From: Rhodospirillaceae bacterium
GTDB taxonomy: Bacteria; Pseudomonadota; Alphaproteobacteria; Rhodospirillales; UBA2165
Direction: 5' to 3'
DNA length: 64,000 nucleotides
Assembly: GCA_038127535.1 (NCBI GenBank)
Contig: JAYPHU010000012.1
Location: 26,507-90,506 of the forward strand
Shown here in pieces: positions 46,918 to 56,425 of this stretch. Under the pieces are notes generated by a model. It saw nothing but the letters and a program-made list of their open reading frames with translations. It searched no databases and was not told the DNA's origin. Numbering within the stretch: the first letter of the stretch is position 1; the number at the start of each line of letters is the position of its first letter. A program made the translations under genes and the position numbers.

Positions 46918-49203
46918 TCACGCCGGCTCGACGAAACTGTCGATGACCTTCTTGGTGCCGGCCTTGTCGAACGCCACTTCCAGCTTGTTGCCGTCAGCGG
47001 CGATCACCTGGCCGTAGCCGAACTTCTGATGAAACACCCGCGTGCCCTCGGAGAACTTGGCCTCTTCCCCGCCCGAAGCGACCAGCCAGGCATCGCCTTC
47101 GACCACCATGCCGTCGCGGGTGTGGCCGGCGCGCTTGGGCGCGTGGGTGCCAGGCTCGAACGTAAAGCCGCTGTCCTGGCGGAACCCGCCGCCGCCCCTG
47201 AGATTGCCGTAGAGCCCGGCTTCGGCGATCTGTTCGACATTGTCGTCCGGCAATTCGTCGATGAAGCGCGAGGGTAGCGCGTTCTGCCACTGGTTATAGA
47301 TGCGCCGGTTGGCGGCGAAACTGATCCGCGCCTCTTTCTTAGCCCGCGTGATGCCCACATAGGCGAGGCGGCGCTCTTCCTCCAGGCCGCGCAGGCCCTC
47401 TTCGTCCAGGCTACGCTGATGGGGGAACAGGCCTTCCTCCCAGCCGGGCAGGAACACCGTGTCGAACTCGAGCCCCTTCGCCGCGTGCAGAGTCATCAGG
47501 CTGACCTTTTCCTCGGCGTCATTCTCGTCGTTCTCCATCACCAGGCTGACATGCTCCAAAAAACCCTGTAGGTTTTGGAACTCATCCAAGCCGGCCACCA
47601 GCTCCTTCAAGTTTTCCAGCCGGCCCGGCGCTTCGGGTGATTTGTCCCGCTGCCACATTTCCGTATAGCCGGACTCGTCCAGAATGATCGCCGTCAGCTC
47701 GTCATGGGGCAGCACGTCCATGTTCAGCCGCCAGCGTTCAAAATCCTGGATCAGGCTTTTCAGCGCGTTACGCGCCTTGGGTTTCAGCTCGTCCGTATCG
47801 ACGATCATGCGCGCTGCCTCATATAACGGCATGCCTTGGCCCCGCGCCAGATAGTGAATGGCCTGCAGGCTGGCCTGGCCCAGGCCGCGCTTGGGCACAT
47901 TGACGATCCGCTCGAACGCCAGATCATCATCGGGGCTGATCAACACCCTTAGATAAGCAATGGCGTCGCGGGTTTCCTGACGCTCATAGAAACGCGGGCC
48001 GCCGATCACCCGATACGGGATCCCCAGCGTGATCAGCCGCTCTTCGAATTCGCGCGCCTGGAAGCCGGCGCGGAACAGCACCGCCATTTCCTCCAGGGAA
48101 TGACCTTTGGATTGGCGAGCCTCGATCTCATCACCGATAACGCGGGCTTCCTCCTCCCCGTCCCAAACCCCTTGGACGGCGACCTTCTCCCCGGTCTCCA
48201 TACCCGTCCAAAGCGTCTTGCCGAGCCGGCCATCGTTGTGGGCGATAAGACCCGAAGCGGCAGCCAGGATATGGGGCGTGGAGCGGTAGTTTTGTTCCAG
48301 CCGGACCACCTGCGCGCCATCGAAGTCTCTCTCGAATTTAAGTATGTTGCCGACCTCGGCGCCCCGCCAGGAGTAGATCGACTGATCGTCATCGCCGACG
48401 CAGCAGATGTTCCGATGCTCCTGCGCCAACAGCCGGAGCCACAGATACTGGGACACATTGGTGTCCTGATATTCGTCCACCAGGAGATAGCGGAACTTCT
48501 GCTGATACTGATACAGCACGTCCGGGTTCTCGGTAAACAGCGTTAAACAGTGCAGCAGCAAGTCACCAAAGTCGGCGGCGTTGAGGGTCGCAAGCCGCGC
48601 CTGATACTCTTCATACAGTTTGGTGATGATGCCGTCGGCAAATTCGGCGCCTTCTTCAGCGGTGACTTTCACCGGTGTCAGACCCCGGTCCTTCCACCGT
48701 TGGATGACGCCCAGGAGCACCCGCGCCGGCCATTTCTTGTCATCGATCTGATGGCCTTCCATCACCTGCTTCAACAGCCTGATCTGATCATCCGTATCCA
48801 GAATGGTGAAGTTGGGTTTCAGCCCGATCAACTCCGAATGCGAGCGGAGAATTCGTGCGCCCAGGGCATGAAACGTGCCGAGCCACCAGCCCTCAACCGG
48901 CCCGCCGATCAGGCTGGCCACCCGCTCCCGCATTTCACGGGCGGCCTTGTTGGTAAAGGTGACAGCGATGATTTCCCACGGCCGGGCTTTTTGGTTCACC
49001 AGCAGGTGCGCTAGCCTTGTGGTCAACACCCGCGTCTTGCCGGTGCCTGCGCCGGCCAGAACCAAAACCGGGCCGTCCAATGCCTCAACCGCTTCCCGCT
49101 GGGCCTCGTTCAAGGTCTCCAGATAAGGTGGTGGCATCGCGGGATCGCGCCGGGCGGGCGGCGGCGGCGCGGGCTTGTCGCTGAGTTCAAATGGATCGGG
49201 CAT
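46918..49203 (-). CDS. uvrD: UvrD/Rep/PcrA family ATP-dependent DNA helicase
   Basis: 761-aa ORF with AGAGTGKT (Walker A), VDEYQDTN, TLHAAKGLEF and VGITRA helicase motifs. Confidence 0.93.
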   Translation of the reverse strand: MPDPFELSDKPAPPPPARRDPAMPPPYLETLNEAQREAVEALDGPVLVLAGAGTGKTRVLTTRLAHLLVNQKARPWEIIAVTFTNKAAREMRERVASLIGGPVEGWWLGTFHALGARILRSHSELIGLKPNFTILDTDDQIRLLKQVMEGHQIDDKKWPARVLLGVIQRWKDRGLTPVKVTAEEGAEFADGIITKLYEEYQARLATLNAADFGDLLLHCLTLFTENPDVLYQYQQKFRYLLVDEYQDTNVSQYLWLRLLAQEHRNICCVGDDDQSIYSWRGAEVGNILKFERDFDGAQVVRLEQNYRSTPHILAAASGLIAHNDGRLGKTLWTGMETGEKVAVQGVWDGEEEARVIGDEIEARQSKGHSLEEMAVLFRAGFQAREFEERLITLGIPYRVIGGPRFYERQETRDAIAYLRVLISPDDDLAFERIVNVPKRGLGQASLQAIHYLARGQGMPLYEAARMIVDTDELKPKARNALKSLIQDFERWRLNMDVLPHDELTAIILDESGYTEMWQRDKSPEAPGRLENLKELVAGLDEFQNLQGFLEHVSLVMENDENDAEEKVSLMTLHAAKGLEFDTVFLPGWEEGLFPHQRSLDEEGLRGLEEERRLAYVGITRAKKEARISFAANRRIYNQWQNALPSRFIDELPDDNVEQIAEAGLYGNLRGGGGFRQDSGFTFEPGTHAPKRAGHTRDGMVVEGDAWLVASGGEEAKFSEGTRVFHQKFGYGQVIAADGNKLEVAFDKAGTKKVIDSFVEPA

Positions 49204-49377
49204 GGGCAGATCTTACCACGCCGCCTTGGGCGGTCTAAAGACAAAGGACCAAAAGCGCGACAATCCTGGGCGTTTTTGAAGCCCCCTTCACGCTTTCGTG
49301 GCCGGGCCACATTCCCTTTGACTCGAATCGCGGATAGGCCCACTCTTTCTGATCGATTTTTTGCGGAGGATTGTGCC

Positions 49378-50400
49378 ATGACCGTTCATCCCGCCCTTCG
49401 GCCGGTCCTTATCACGCTTGCCGCCCTCATTCCGCTTATCCTGATGTCCATCGCCATCCCCGCCGCCGCCCAATCCACCGACAAGGACGTGCTGCAGGCC
49501 GTCGTCGGCGTGAAGACACAGATTCCCCAGGACGCGCGCACCGCCAGTTTCCTGGGCCGGGAACGGGAAGGCAGCGGCATCGTCATCGACGATCAGGGCC
49601 TGGTGCTAACCATCGGCTATCTGATCCTGGAGGCCGACAGCGCGGTCATCACCGGGCCAGACGGCAAACAAGTTCCCGCCTCCATCGTGGCTTATGACCA
49701 TGAAAGTGGTCTGGGTCTGTTGCGCCTGTCCGGAAAACTCGCCATCAAGCCCATGAGGCTTGGCAGTTCTACCGCCGTTAACCTGCAGGACAAAGTCCTG
49801 GTCGCCAGCCGGGGCGGCGACCGTCCGGTGATCATCACCGAAGTCGTGTCCCGCCGGGTGTTCACCGGCGGCTGGGAGTATCTTCTGGAGAACGCGATTT
49901 TCACCTCCCCGCCCCATCGGTTCCATAGCGGCGCGGCCCTGGTCGGCGAGGATGGACGGCTGCTGGGCGTAGGCTCGCTGTTTGTCGGCAATGCCGTCGC
50001 CGCGAACGTCATGTCGCAGGGCAATATGTTTGTGCCGGTGGATGTGCTGAAACCGGTGCTGGCCGATCTGCTGCAAACAGGACGCCGCAGCGGCAAAAAA
50101 CGTCCCTGGCTGGGGGCGAACACGTCGGAGCACCGGGGCCGGGTGTTCGTCGACCGGGTCAGTCCCGGCGGCCCGGCAGCCGAGGCCGGCATCTCCGCCA
50201 ACGACTTGATCATGGGCGTCAACGGCACGCCCACCAACGGTCAGGCGGATTTTTACCGGAAGCTCTGGGCGGCGGGGGAAGCCGGCGGCACGGTCAAACT
50301 GAACGTTCTGCCCGAGGCCGGCGCGGATTTTAAAGTGAAGGAAATTCCGGTGACCACCGGTGATCGCTACGAATGGTTGAAGCTGGGCCGATCGTTCTAG
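49378..50400 (+). CDS. Secreted S1C (trypsin-like) serine protease with C-terminal PDZ domain
   Basis: ORF 49276..50400 trimmed to ATG 49378 (a GGAGGA SD lies upstream). It has a signal peptide, GSGIVIDDQGLVLT, HSGAALV, and PDZ-like PAAEAGISANDLIMGVNG. Confidence 0.85.
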   Translation: MTVHPALRPVLITLAALIPLILMSIAIPAAAQSTDKDVLQAVVGVKTQIPQDARTASFLGREREGSGIVIDDQGLVLTIGYLILEADSAVITGPDGKQVPASIVAYDHESGLGLLRLSGKLAIKPMRLGSSTAVNLQDKVLVASRGGDRPVIITEVVSRRVFTGGWEYLLENAIFTSPPHRFHSGAALVGEDGRLLGVGSLFVGNAVAANVMSQGNMFVPVDVLKPVLADLLQTGRRSGKKRPWLGANTSEHRGRVFVDRVSPGGPAAEAGISANDLIMGVNGTPTNGQADFYRKLWAAGEAGGTVKLNVLPEAGADFKVKEIPVTTGDRYEWLKLGRSF

Positions 50401-50402
50401 GC

Positions 50403-52184
50403 CTACAAATGCCCCTCATGCTCCTCGCGGCGGGTTTCCACCAGCGCCCGGTTGTAGGCCGCCAGAACATCCGCTTCATAGAGCGTGCCCACATACGTCA
50501 TGTTCTCATGATTTTCGACCACGGCGATGTAGTGTTCCCCTGACTCGCGGAACACCCGGTTGGCGATCTCCAGATTATCCGTCGCGTCCAGCACCGGCGG
50601 ATGGGTCCGCGCCACGTCGCCGGCATTGATAAGGTTGTCCACGTCGTGATCGAAAGCGATGTCGCTGAGATCGGCCAAGGTAATGGTCCCCACAAGTTCC
50701 GAGCCGTTGCGCACCACAAACAGTTCCCCGATCTCGGAATGTTGGAGTTTTTGGCGGACGTCTTGTAGGCCGGTGCCGACGTCAATGGTTTCTCCGGATT
50801 TCTTCATGACTTGACGGACCAAAATGCTCCGTAGCAGGGCTGTCTCGAAGCCGTGCTTTAGGTCCAGGCCGGCGCGCTCCAGCTGCCAGTTAAAGAACGA
50901 GCCCCTGGCAAACTGATTGGAAATCAAGGATGCGAGGACCACCGCGACCATCACGGCGATGGTGAGCGAGTAGTCATCCGTCATCTCGAAGATAATTAAT
51001 ACGGTGGAAATGGGGGCGCCCATAACCGCCGCCGCCACGCCGCCCATGCCGACAATGGTATAGGCGCTGGGTCCCGACGACAGATGGGGAAACACATCGG
51101 TCGCAATGATCCCATATGCGCCGCCGAGCATTGCGCCGAGCATCAACGCCGGCGTGAACACGCCGCCGCCAAATCCGCCGCCGACGGAAATTGCCGTCGC
51201 CGCCGTCTTGGCCATCACTAGCAAAATCAGCAGCGCCAGGGAATATTCCACCTTGAGCGCCAGGTCGGTAGCGTCGTAGCCGACGCCCATGACCTGCGGG
51301 AACACCAATGCGATCAGTCCCACTAAAAAGCCGGCGATGCCAGGTCGCACCCATTGCGGGCCGGGCATCTTTTTGAATTGATCCTCGGTGAACATGGTGG
51401 CCCGCATCAAGATCACCGCCACCGCGCCGCACAAGAGGCCGAGCCCGACCACAGCGGGAAACTCGAGATACGAGACCAGGGGATTTTCCAGAATCTCGAA
51501 CGCCGGGAAGTTGCCGAAGAAGATCCGGGAGATTATGGTGCCGACTACGCTGGCGATGACGATGGGGGCAAAGGCGCTGAGCGCGAAATGACCGATCACC
51601 ACCTCATGGGCGAACAGCGCACCCGCGATAGGCGCATTAAACGACGCGGCCACCGCCGCCGCCACGCCGCAGCCTAAAAGACAGCGGGACATGGAACGGG
51701 TGAGATGAAGCCGCCGCGCAATCACCGAACCGATGGTCGCGCCCAAGTGAACAGCCGGGCCTTCACGGCCGACCGACGTGCCGACGCCGATGGAGCCGAT
51801 ACTGGCAACGGCGGCGCCGAGCCCCGCCCGGAACGACATGCGGCCGCCCCGTAGCGCGCTGGCCTCAATCACGGACGCCACACCTTGGTGCCGTCGGTCG
51901 GGCATTATGTAATAGATGAACAACCCGATGACCAGGCCGCCAAAGCTGGGCACGATCAGGACCTGCCACCACGGCGCCTCGGCCACAGCGGCAATCAAGC
52001 TGCCGCCATCGGTTCCAAAAAAAGTATCATGAAGCTCGGTAATGATCAGACGCATTAAGACGGTGCCGAAGGCCGCTGCGGCGCCGACGATCACCGCCAG
52101 GACCGAGAGGATCAGCTGATCGTTGCGGATAAACCGGCGGAAGTGGATCAACCAGCGTAAAGGTGTGCGACGACGGGGGGCCAT
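50403..52184 (-). CDS. ClC family voltage-gated chloride channel with C-terminal CBS pair
   Basis: 593-aa ORF with the GREGP, GVAAAFNAPIAG and GGVFTP selectivity motifs. The CBS-like C-terminus shows HSEIGELFVV. Confidence 0.9.
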   Translation of the reverse strand: MAPRRRTPLRWLIHFRRFIRNDQLILSVLAVIVGAAAAFGTVLMRLIITELHDTFFGTDGGSLIAAVAEAPWWQVLIVPSFGGLVIGLFIYYIMPDRRHQGVASVIEASALRGGRMSFRAGLGAAVASIGSIGVGTSVGREGPAVHLGATIGSVIARRLHLTRSMSRCLLGCGVAAAVAASFNAPIAGALFAHEVVIGHFALSAFAPIVIASVVGTIISRIFFGNFPAFEILENPLVSYLEFPAVVGLGLLCGAVAVILMRATMFTEDQFKKMPGPQWVRPGIAGFLVGLIALVFPQVMGVGYDATDLALKVEYSLALLILLVMAKTAATAISVGGGFGGGVFTPALMLGAMLGGAYGIIATDVFPHLSSGPSAYTIVGMGGVAAAVMGAPISTVLIIFEMTDDYSLTIAVMVAVVLASLISNQFARGSFFNWQLERAGLDLKHGFETALLRSILVRQVMKKSGETIDVGTGLQDVRQKLQHSEIGELFVVRNGSELVGTITLADLSDIAFDHDVDNLINAGDVARTHPPVLDATDNLEIANRVFRESGEHYIAVVENHENMTYVGTLYEADVLAAYNRALVETRREEHEGHL

Positions 52185-52278
52185 AGTTGCCTTTTTATAT
52201 CAGCAGACTCTTATCAAAGTCTAATGCGCTAAACCCGGTCGGGTCGGCCCGATTTCCTAAATCAAAACCGGGGCGCGG

Positions 52279-53328
52279 CTAACTGCTCGCCGCCTTGGCC
52301 AAGGATTCCAAATCGGCCTCGGTTAGAACCTTGTTCCGGCCACTTTTCTTGGCGGCATAGAGGGACATGTTGGCGCGTTCGTTAAATTCGTCGGCCTGCT
52401 CCGCGGGCCGAAACCGGGACACGCCGACCGACAGGGTGATTTTGCCCAAGTCCTGCCCGGTGGACCGGTTCACCACTTTCTTCTTCGGGAGTTGTTCGCG
52501 AATGCCCTCCGCCACCTCATCGGCGTTCTGCAAGTTGGTCTGCGGGAGCAATACCCCGAACCCTTCCCCGCCATAGCGCGCCGCCAAATCTTTGCCCTTT
52601 AGGCCCGTCCGCAGAATGGTGGCCAGCAGTTTCAGAACATGATCTCCGATGAGGAGGCCGAAGCTATCGTTAAACTTTTTGAAGTGATCGATATCTAACA
52701 CCAACAGGCATAAATCCTCATCAGTATCGGCAGCCCGGCTCATATTTTTGCGAACGCGTAGGTCAAACAGCCGGTGGTTGGCCAGAACGGTCAGACCGTC
52801 GGTGGTCGCTTCCCGACGAGTTTCCTCCACCTCTTCGCGCAGCCGGCCGATCTCTCCCGAGGATTGGATCAATTTATTTTCCATGGATTTCTGCCGCGAC
52901 TGCATATCCCGGGTAGCTTACAACACGTCGCGCAGGATTGCCGTCGCATCGGGCTCGGTACCGGACAGATCCTAGGACGCGCCGGCCAAAGTTTCTCCGA
53001 ACTCAGCGGCCTCTGCGCCGGCTTCGTCCAGATAACGCACGGCCTGATCCATAACCTCGTCCAGTAGGACGAAAAAATCCTCCATCTTTGCGGATTCCAC
53101 TTGGGTGGTGAAAAAATTCACGAACAGATCGGTGCACTATTCGTTCGACATGCCGCCGCCGTCCAGAATCTGGTCTACCGTTTTTGTCAGATCAGGGAAG
53201 GCATCCCCGAAATAGCGGTACCAAACCGTAAAGTGACTGGGATAGGGGCGCAACCGAAGCGTAACCATCTTGGCCAAAGCGGCCTCGGCGATAGCCTCGG
53301 GATCAGTTAATTTTTCGGTCTATGCCAA
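52279..53328 (-). pseudogene. Diguanylate cyclase (GGDEF) gene with four in-frame stops, no frameshift, and a degenerate GGEGF site
   Basis: TTG 53328 has a GGAGG SD 9 nt upstream. The frame reads M-A-TAG(53320-53322)-TEKLTDPEAIAEAALAKMVTLRLRPYPSHFTVWYRYFG..MSNE-TAG(53137-53139)-CTDLFVNFF..LAGAS-TAG(52972-52974)-DLSG..RDVL-TAA(52918-52920)-ATRDMQSRQ... It then continues into the GGDEF domain (TDGLTVLANHRLFD..LDIDHFKKFND..RYGGEGFGVLLP). The ORF track shows only 52279..52905. Confidence 0.75.
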
Positions 53329-53549
53329 CCGGTCGCACCTCCAGCGTGGCGTCCCATTCGGCTCCTATGATACTCAATGGAACCCGCCTAATAAATATCT
53401 AAAGACTTGTGGATACCCCCAACACGGGCATTATTTTATTTGGCGAGGCACGAAGTCTGGGGCATGCTAGGCACGACGCTCAATCAGATTAAAGAGAACC
53501 AGACGGCGGATTTCCGCTTGAACCGGGCGCGCCCTAGGGAGTACGCACA

Positions 53550-55199
53550 ATGACCCAGCAAGCCTGGACGATTGTCGTTGTGGCCGGCGTGGTGATGGCC
53601 GGGATCGCCGCCTTTGCCTTGCGAGGTCCCGCGCCCGAACAAGCCGCACCCTCGGCGCAGCGCGTCGCTGAGAAAACCGAACCGGCGACCGAGCCGAAAG
53701 CGCCTCCTCCACCCGCGCCGGCAGACCTGACGGCCGATGAGGCCCGGATCCTTGCGGGAAAATTAACAATCATCGAGAAAGTGACATCCTCCGGGGTGGT
53801 CGCCTGGACGCCGCAGGCGTCCTATGGCGCTGTATCGGTCCGTTGGCAGGAGACGGACGGCCTGGTCCGATGGGCGCGGCAACTTTATAGAAAACCCGCC
53901 AAAACTATCGTTATATCCTTGGACTGGGCCGGCTTTGACGGACCGGAGATTCCCGGCATTCCGATTTTGGTGATTGACGGGGGAGACGACGGGAACACGG
54001 CAGATCAGGTGATATTCAAGGCCGATGGCCGCACCACGCCTTTCACTAAGTTAAAAGAGGGGGCCGGATTTACCGCCAATCTCTCCCTCACCTTCCACGA
54101 CCGGGAATTGGACCGCCAGACGTTGCGGTCCCTGGCCGCCCTTACCCGACTACAGGCTCCTTGGTCCAAGGGCAGCGCCGCCACCCTGCTGCGGATGTTG
54201 GAACTGTCCTTCAAAAAACTCTCACGGGGGATTGTAAAATCTTATCCGAGATTGCTGCAGTTGAACCTCGGGCCCGCACAGGACGGGATCGAAGGCGTCA
54301 AACTGACCATCCCTCAGGCAGAGAGTGGAGACGCCGCTACCCTCCAACTGGAGCCCGCCCTCCGACCCTCCTACCTGGCGAGCGTTGACAGGTTCGCCAG
54401 AGCCGAAGAATTGACCAGCGGTCAAATGACCCGAACCCATGGGGATGTGTTGACCGGGTTCTGGCGGGCCCGCAACGATAATCTGCCGAATACCTGTGGG
54501 CGTTTGGAAAAGGCGCTTAGCGAAGACTACGGATTTCACCTTTACGATACGGCTTTGGTTTTTGCCTCGCTCCTTCGGGATCACGCGCTTCTGGCGCCGG
54601 GCATGGATTACACTGGCAAATGCCTGTCACCGGCCATCGCGGCAGCGTTCCAACGGCTGGGCTTGCCGTCCTCCGGTTCGGAGCGCGCAGACGCCAAACC
54701 GCTGAGCGCCGCCGTCATGAACAACCGGTTGGATGCCCTGGCGCGGGTTCTTCGCAGCAATACGCCGGAGACCAAACTCGCCGAACTTCGTGCCATGCTG
54801 GCGGAGCGCGTCACCTTGTCCGACAAGGCCAACATCTGGCTTTTCGGCGACGGGATAGTCGGCGACGACAGGGAACGGCTGCTCCCCGGTGCGGAAAAGG
54901 AACTGGCGTCGGAACAAATCCTCGCCCTGCCGGTGACCCGGTTCGGCTGTTATTCTACCCGCGACGGCGGGGCCGGCCGCCGCGCGACCTTGGGGCAACT
55001 GGCCGGGCTGAGCTCCATTTGGGAATTGGAGTTTTCGTTTAACGCCCAGGGCAAGATCAATGCAGTGTCCCTGGAAGAGGCCAACCGGCAAACTATTTGC
55101 CGGGCGGTCGGCAACCGCCCCGATAATGCCAACGCCTGCTATTTTGCCCGCAACCGCGCCCAGTTCCCCGCCGTCCGGAAAGCCGGCTGCGGCGGCTAG
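53550..55199 (+). CDS. Hypothetical membrane-anchored protein (549 aa), no recognisable domain
   Basis: ATG 53550 has a GGGAG SD upstream. It has an N-terminal TM helix (WTIVVVAGVVMAGIAAFAL), then a Pro/Ala-rich linker, then about 450 aa of globular-looking sequence with several Cys. The next gene begins 14 nt after it ends. Confidence 0.7.
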   Translation: MTQQAWTIVVVAGVVMAGIAAFALRGPAPEQAAPSAQRVAEKTEPATEPKAPPPPAPADLTADEARILAGKLTIIEKVTSSGVVAWTPQASYGAVSVRWQETDGLVRWARQLYRKPAKTIVISLDWAGFDGPEIPGIPILVIDGGDDGNTADQVIFKADGRTTPFTKLKEGAGFTANLSLTFHDRELDRQTLRSLAALTRLQAPWSKGSAATLLRMLELSFKKLSRGIVKSYPRLLQLNLGPAQDGIEGVKLTIPQAESGDAATLQLEPALRPSYLASVDRFARAEELTSGQMTRTHGDVLTGFWRARNDNLPNTCGRLEKALSEDYGFHLYDTALVFASLLRDHALLAPGMDYTGKCLSPAIAAAFQRLGLPSSGSERADAKPLSAAVMNNRLDALARVLRSNTPETKLAELRAMLAERVTLSDKANIWLFGDGIVGDDRERLLPGAEKELASEQILALPVTRFGCYSTRDGGAGRRATLGQLAGLSSIWELEFSFNAQGKINAVSLEEANRQTICRAVGNRPDNANACYFARNRAQFPAVRKAGCGG

Positions 55200-55213
55200 C
55201 GCCGAGGTCGACC

Positions 55214-55765
55214 ATGAACAATACCCCCCGAATTTACCTCTCTGGTCCGGACCTGTTTCATCCCGACGGGTGGGACATCGCGGAGAAAAAGAAAGAAGTC
55301 TGTCACCGCTACGGGCTGGAAGGGGTGTCCCCTTTTGACCTGCCCGACGGCCGACCCTTTGACGGAACGGCGGAGCGGGCTCGAACCGTCTACGCCGACT
55401 GTGTGGAATTGATGAAAAACTGCGACGGTTTGATTGCCAATGTCAGCCCGTTCCGGGGTCCCAGTCTGGATGGCGCAACCGCCTATGAAATGGGTTTCAT
55501 GCATGGGCTCGGCAAACCTGTGGCGAGCTATACCCTCGACCGGCAGGGCTATGCCGCGCGCATGATCAAACTGCATACCGCCTTCGATGTGCCGTTGGAG
55601 CCGGTTCAAGATCATTTCCGCGCGCCGGACGGACTGCTGGTGGAGAATTTCGGCTTGGGCGACAGTTTGATGCCAGCCGGCGCTTCTAGCGCGTCCGGTG
55701 TGGTGCAATCTCAGGACTTTGAGGGGGCGGTCCGCTGGATTCGCCGACTGGTCCTCGACGACTAG
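55214..55765 (+). CDS. Nucleoside 2-deoxyribosyltransferase family protein
   Basis: 183-aa ORF with RIYLSGPDLF at the N-terminus and DGATAYEMGF (candidate catalytic Glu), as in NDT/Rcl-like enzymes. Confidence 0.8.
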   Translation: MNNTPRIYLSGPDLFHPDGWDIAEKKKEVCHRYGLEGVSPFDLPDGRPFDGTAERARTVYADCVELMKNCDGLIANVSPFRGPSLDGATAYEMGFMHGLGKPVASYTLDRQGYAARMIKLHTAFDVPLEPVQDHFRAPDGLLVENFGLGDSLMPAGASSASGVVQSQDFEGAVRWIRRLVLDD

Positions 55766-56169
55766 GCCGGCAGGACACGAACGTGACCGGCGGTCCCGTA
55801 ATCGAGAATCCGCCGGTCACGTGTGGCGACCTGGCCGTTAACCTGTCTCGCCGTGGCGACAATGATCCGGTCGATAGGATCGCGGTGAAAATCACCTGGC
55901 AAGTTCGCACCCTCGACGGCGATCTGAGGGGAGAATTCAGCAACTGAGAGCCCCGGTGCGATCAGCGCCCGGTTGACCCATTCGGCGCAGGGCATTCTCA
56001 ACACGACCTGACCCGATTTCTCCCACGACGCCAATTCCCAGACCGCCACAACGGGCAAAAACAACGACCCGTCCAAAGCAGCTTCTTCTAAACTCTCCCG
56101 CGTGGACGACGAAATTTCCGACGAGCCGTCCATCAAGAGCACCCATACCTCCGTATCAAGGATGATCAT
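55762..56169 (-). CDS. vapC: Type II toxin VapC (PIN domain ribonuclease)
   Basis: 135-aa ORF with MIILDT (Asp), WELAS (Glu), DPIDRIIVATA (Asp) and TRDRRILDY, matching the PIN acidic quartet. It lies downstream of a Phd/YefM gene. Confidence 0.85.
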   Translation of the reverse strand: MIILDTEVWVLLMDGSSEISSSTRESLEEAALDGSLFLPVVAVWELASWEKSGQVVLRMPCAEWVNRALIAPGLSVAEFSPQIAVEGANLPGDFHRDPIDRIIVATARQVNGQVATRDRRILDYGTAGHVRVLPA

Positions 56170-56198
56170 TGGCCTGACATGATGTTGAAAAACAAGTG

Positions 56199-56414
56199 TT
56201 AGGAGGGTTTGACCGCCATATCCCTGAAACTAACCGTTCCCTTGAGCCAGCCGAAAGGCGAACCCGGCTCTTCCTTGATCGGAATCAGTTGGGCGACCGG
56301 ACGGCCATGCTTGGTAATCTGCACCGGCCGGTGGTCTTGGGCGACCTCGTCCATAATCTTCAGGCAACGGGCCTTAAACTCCCCGGCCGGAACATCCCTC
56401 TGTACAAGACCCAT
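56199..56414 (-). CDS. Type II antitoxin, Phd/YefM family
   Basis: 71-aa ORF. AGEFKARCLKIMDEVAQDHRPVQITKHGRPVAQLIPI is the Phd/YefM N-terminal fold. Confidence 0.8.
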   Translation of the reverse strand: MGLVQRDVPAGEFKARCLKIMDEVAQDHRPVQITKHGRPVAQLIPIKEEPGSPFGWLKGTVSFRDMAVKPS

Positions 56415-56425
56415 TTCATATTACC

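Noticed and set aside
56169-56199. Possible truncation of the Phd/YefM antitoxin C-terminus (29-nt gap to vapC instead of the usual overlap)
   Set aside because: Reading past the TAA gives only HLFFNIMSGQ, which does not resemble a toxin-binding tail. The 71-aa length is within the range of the family.
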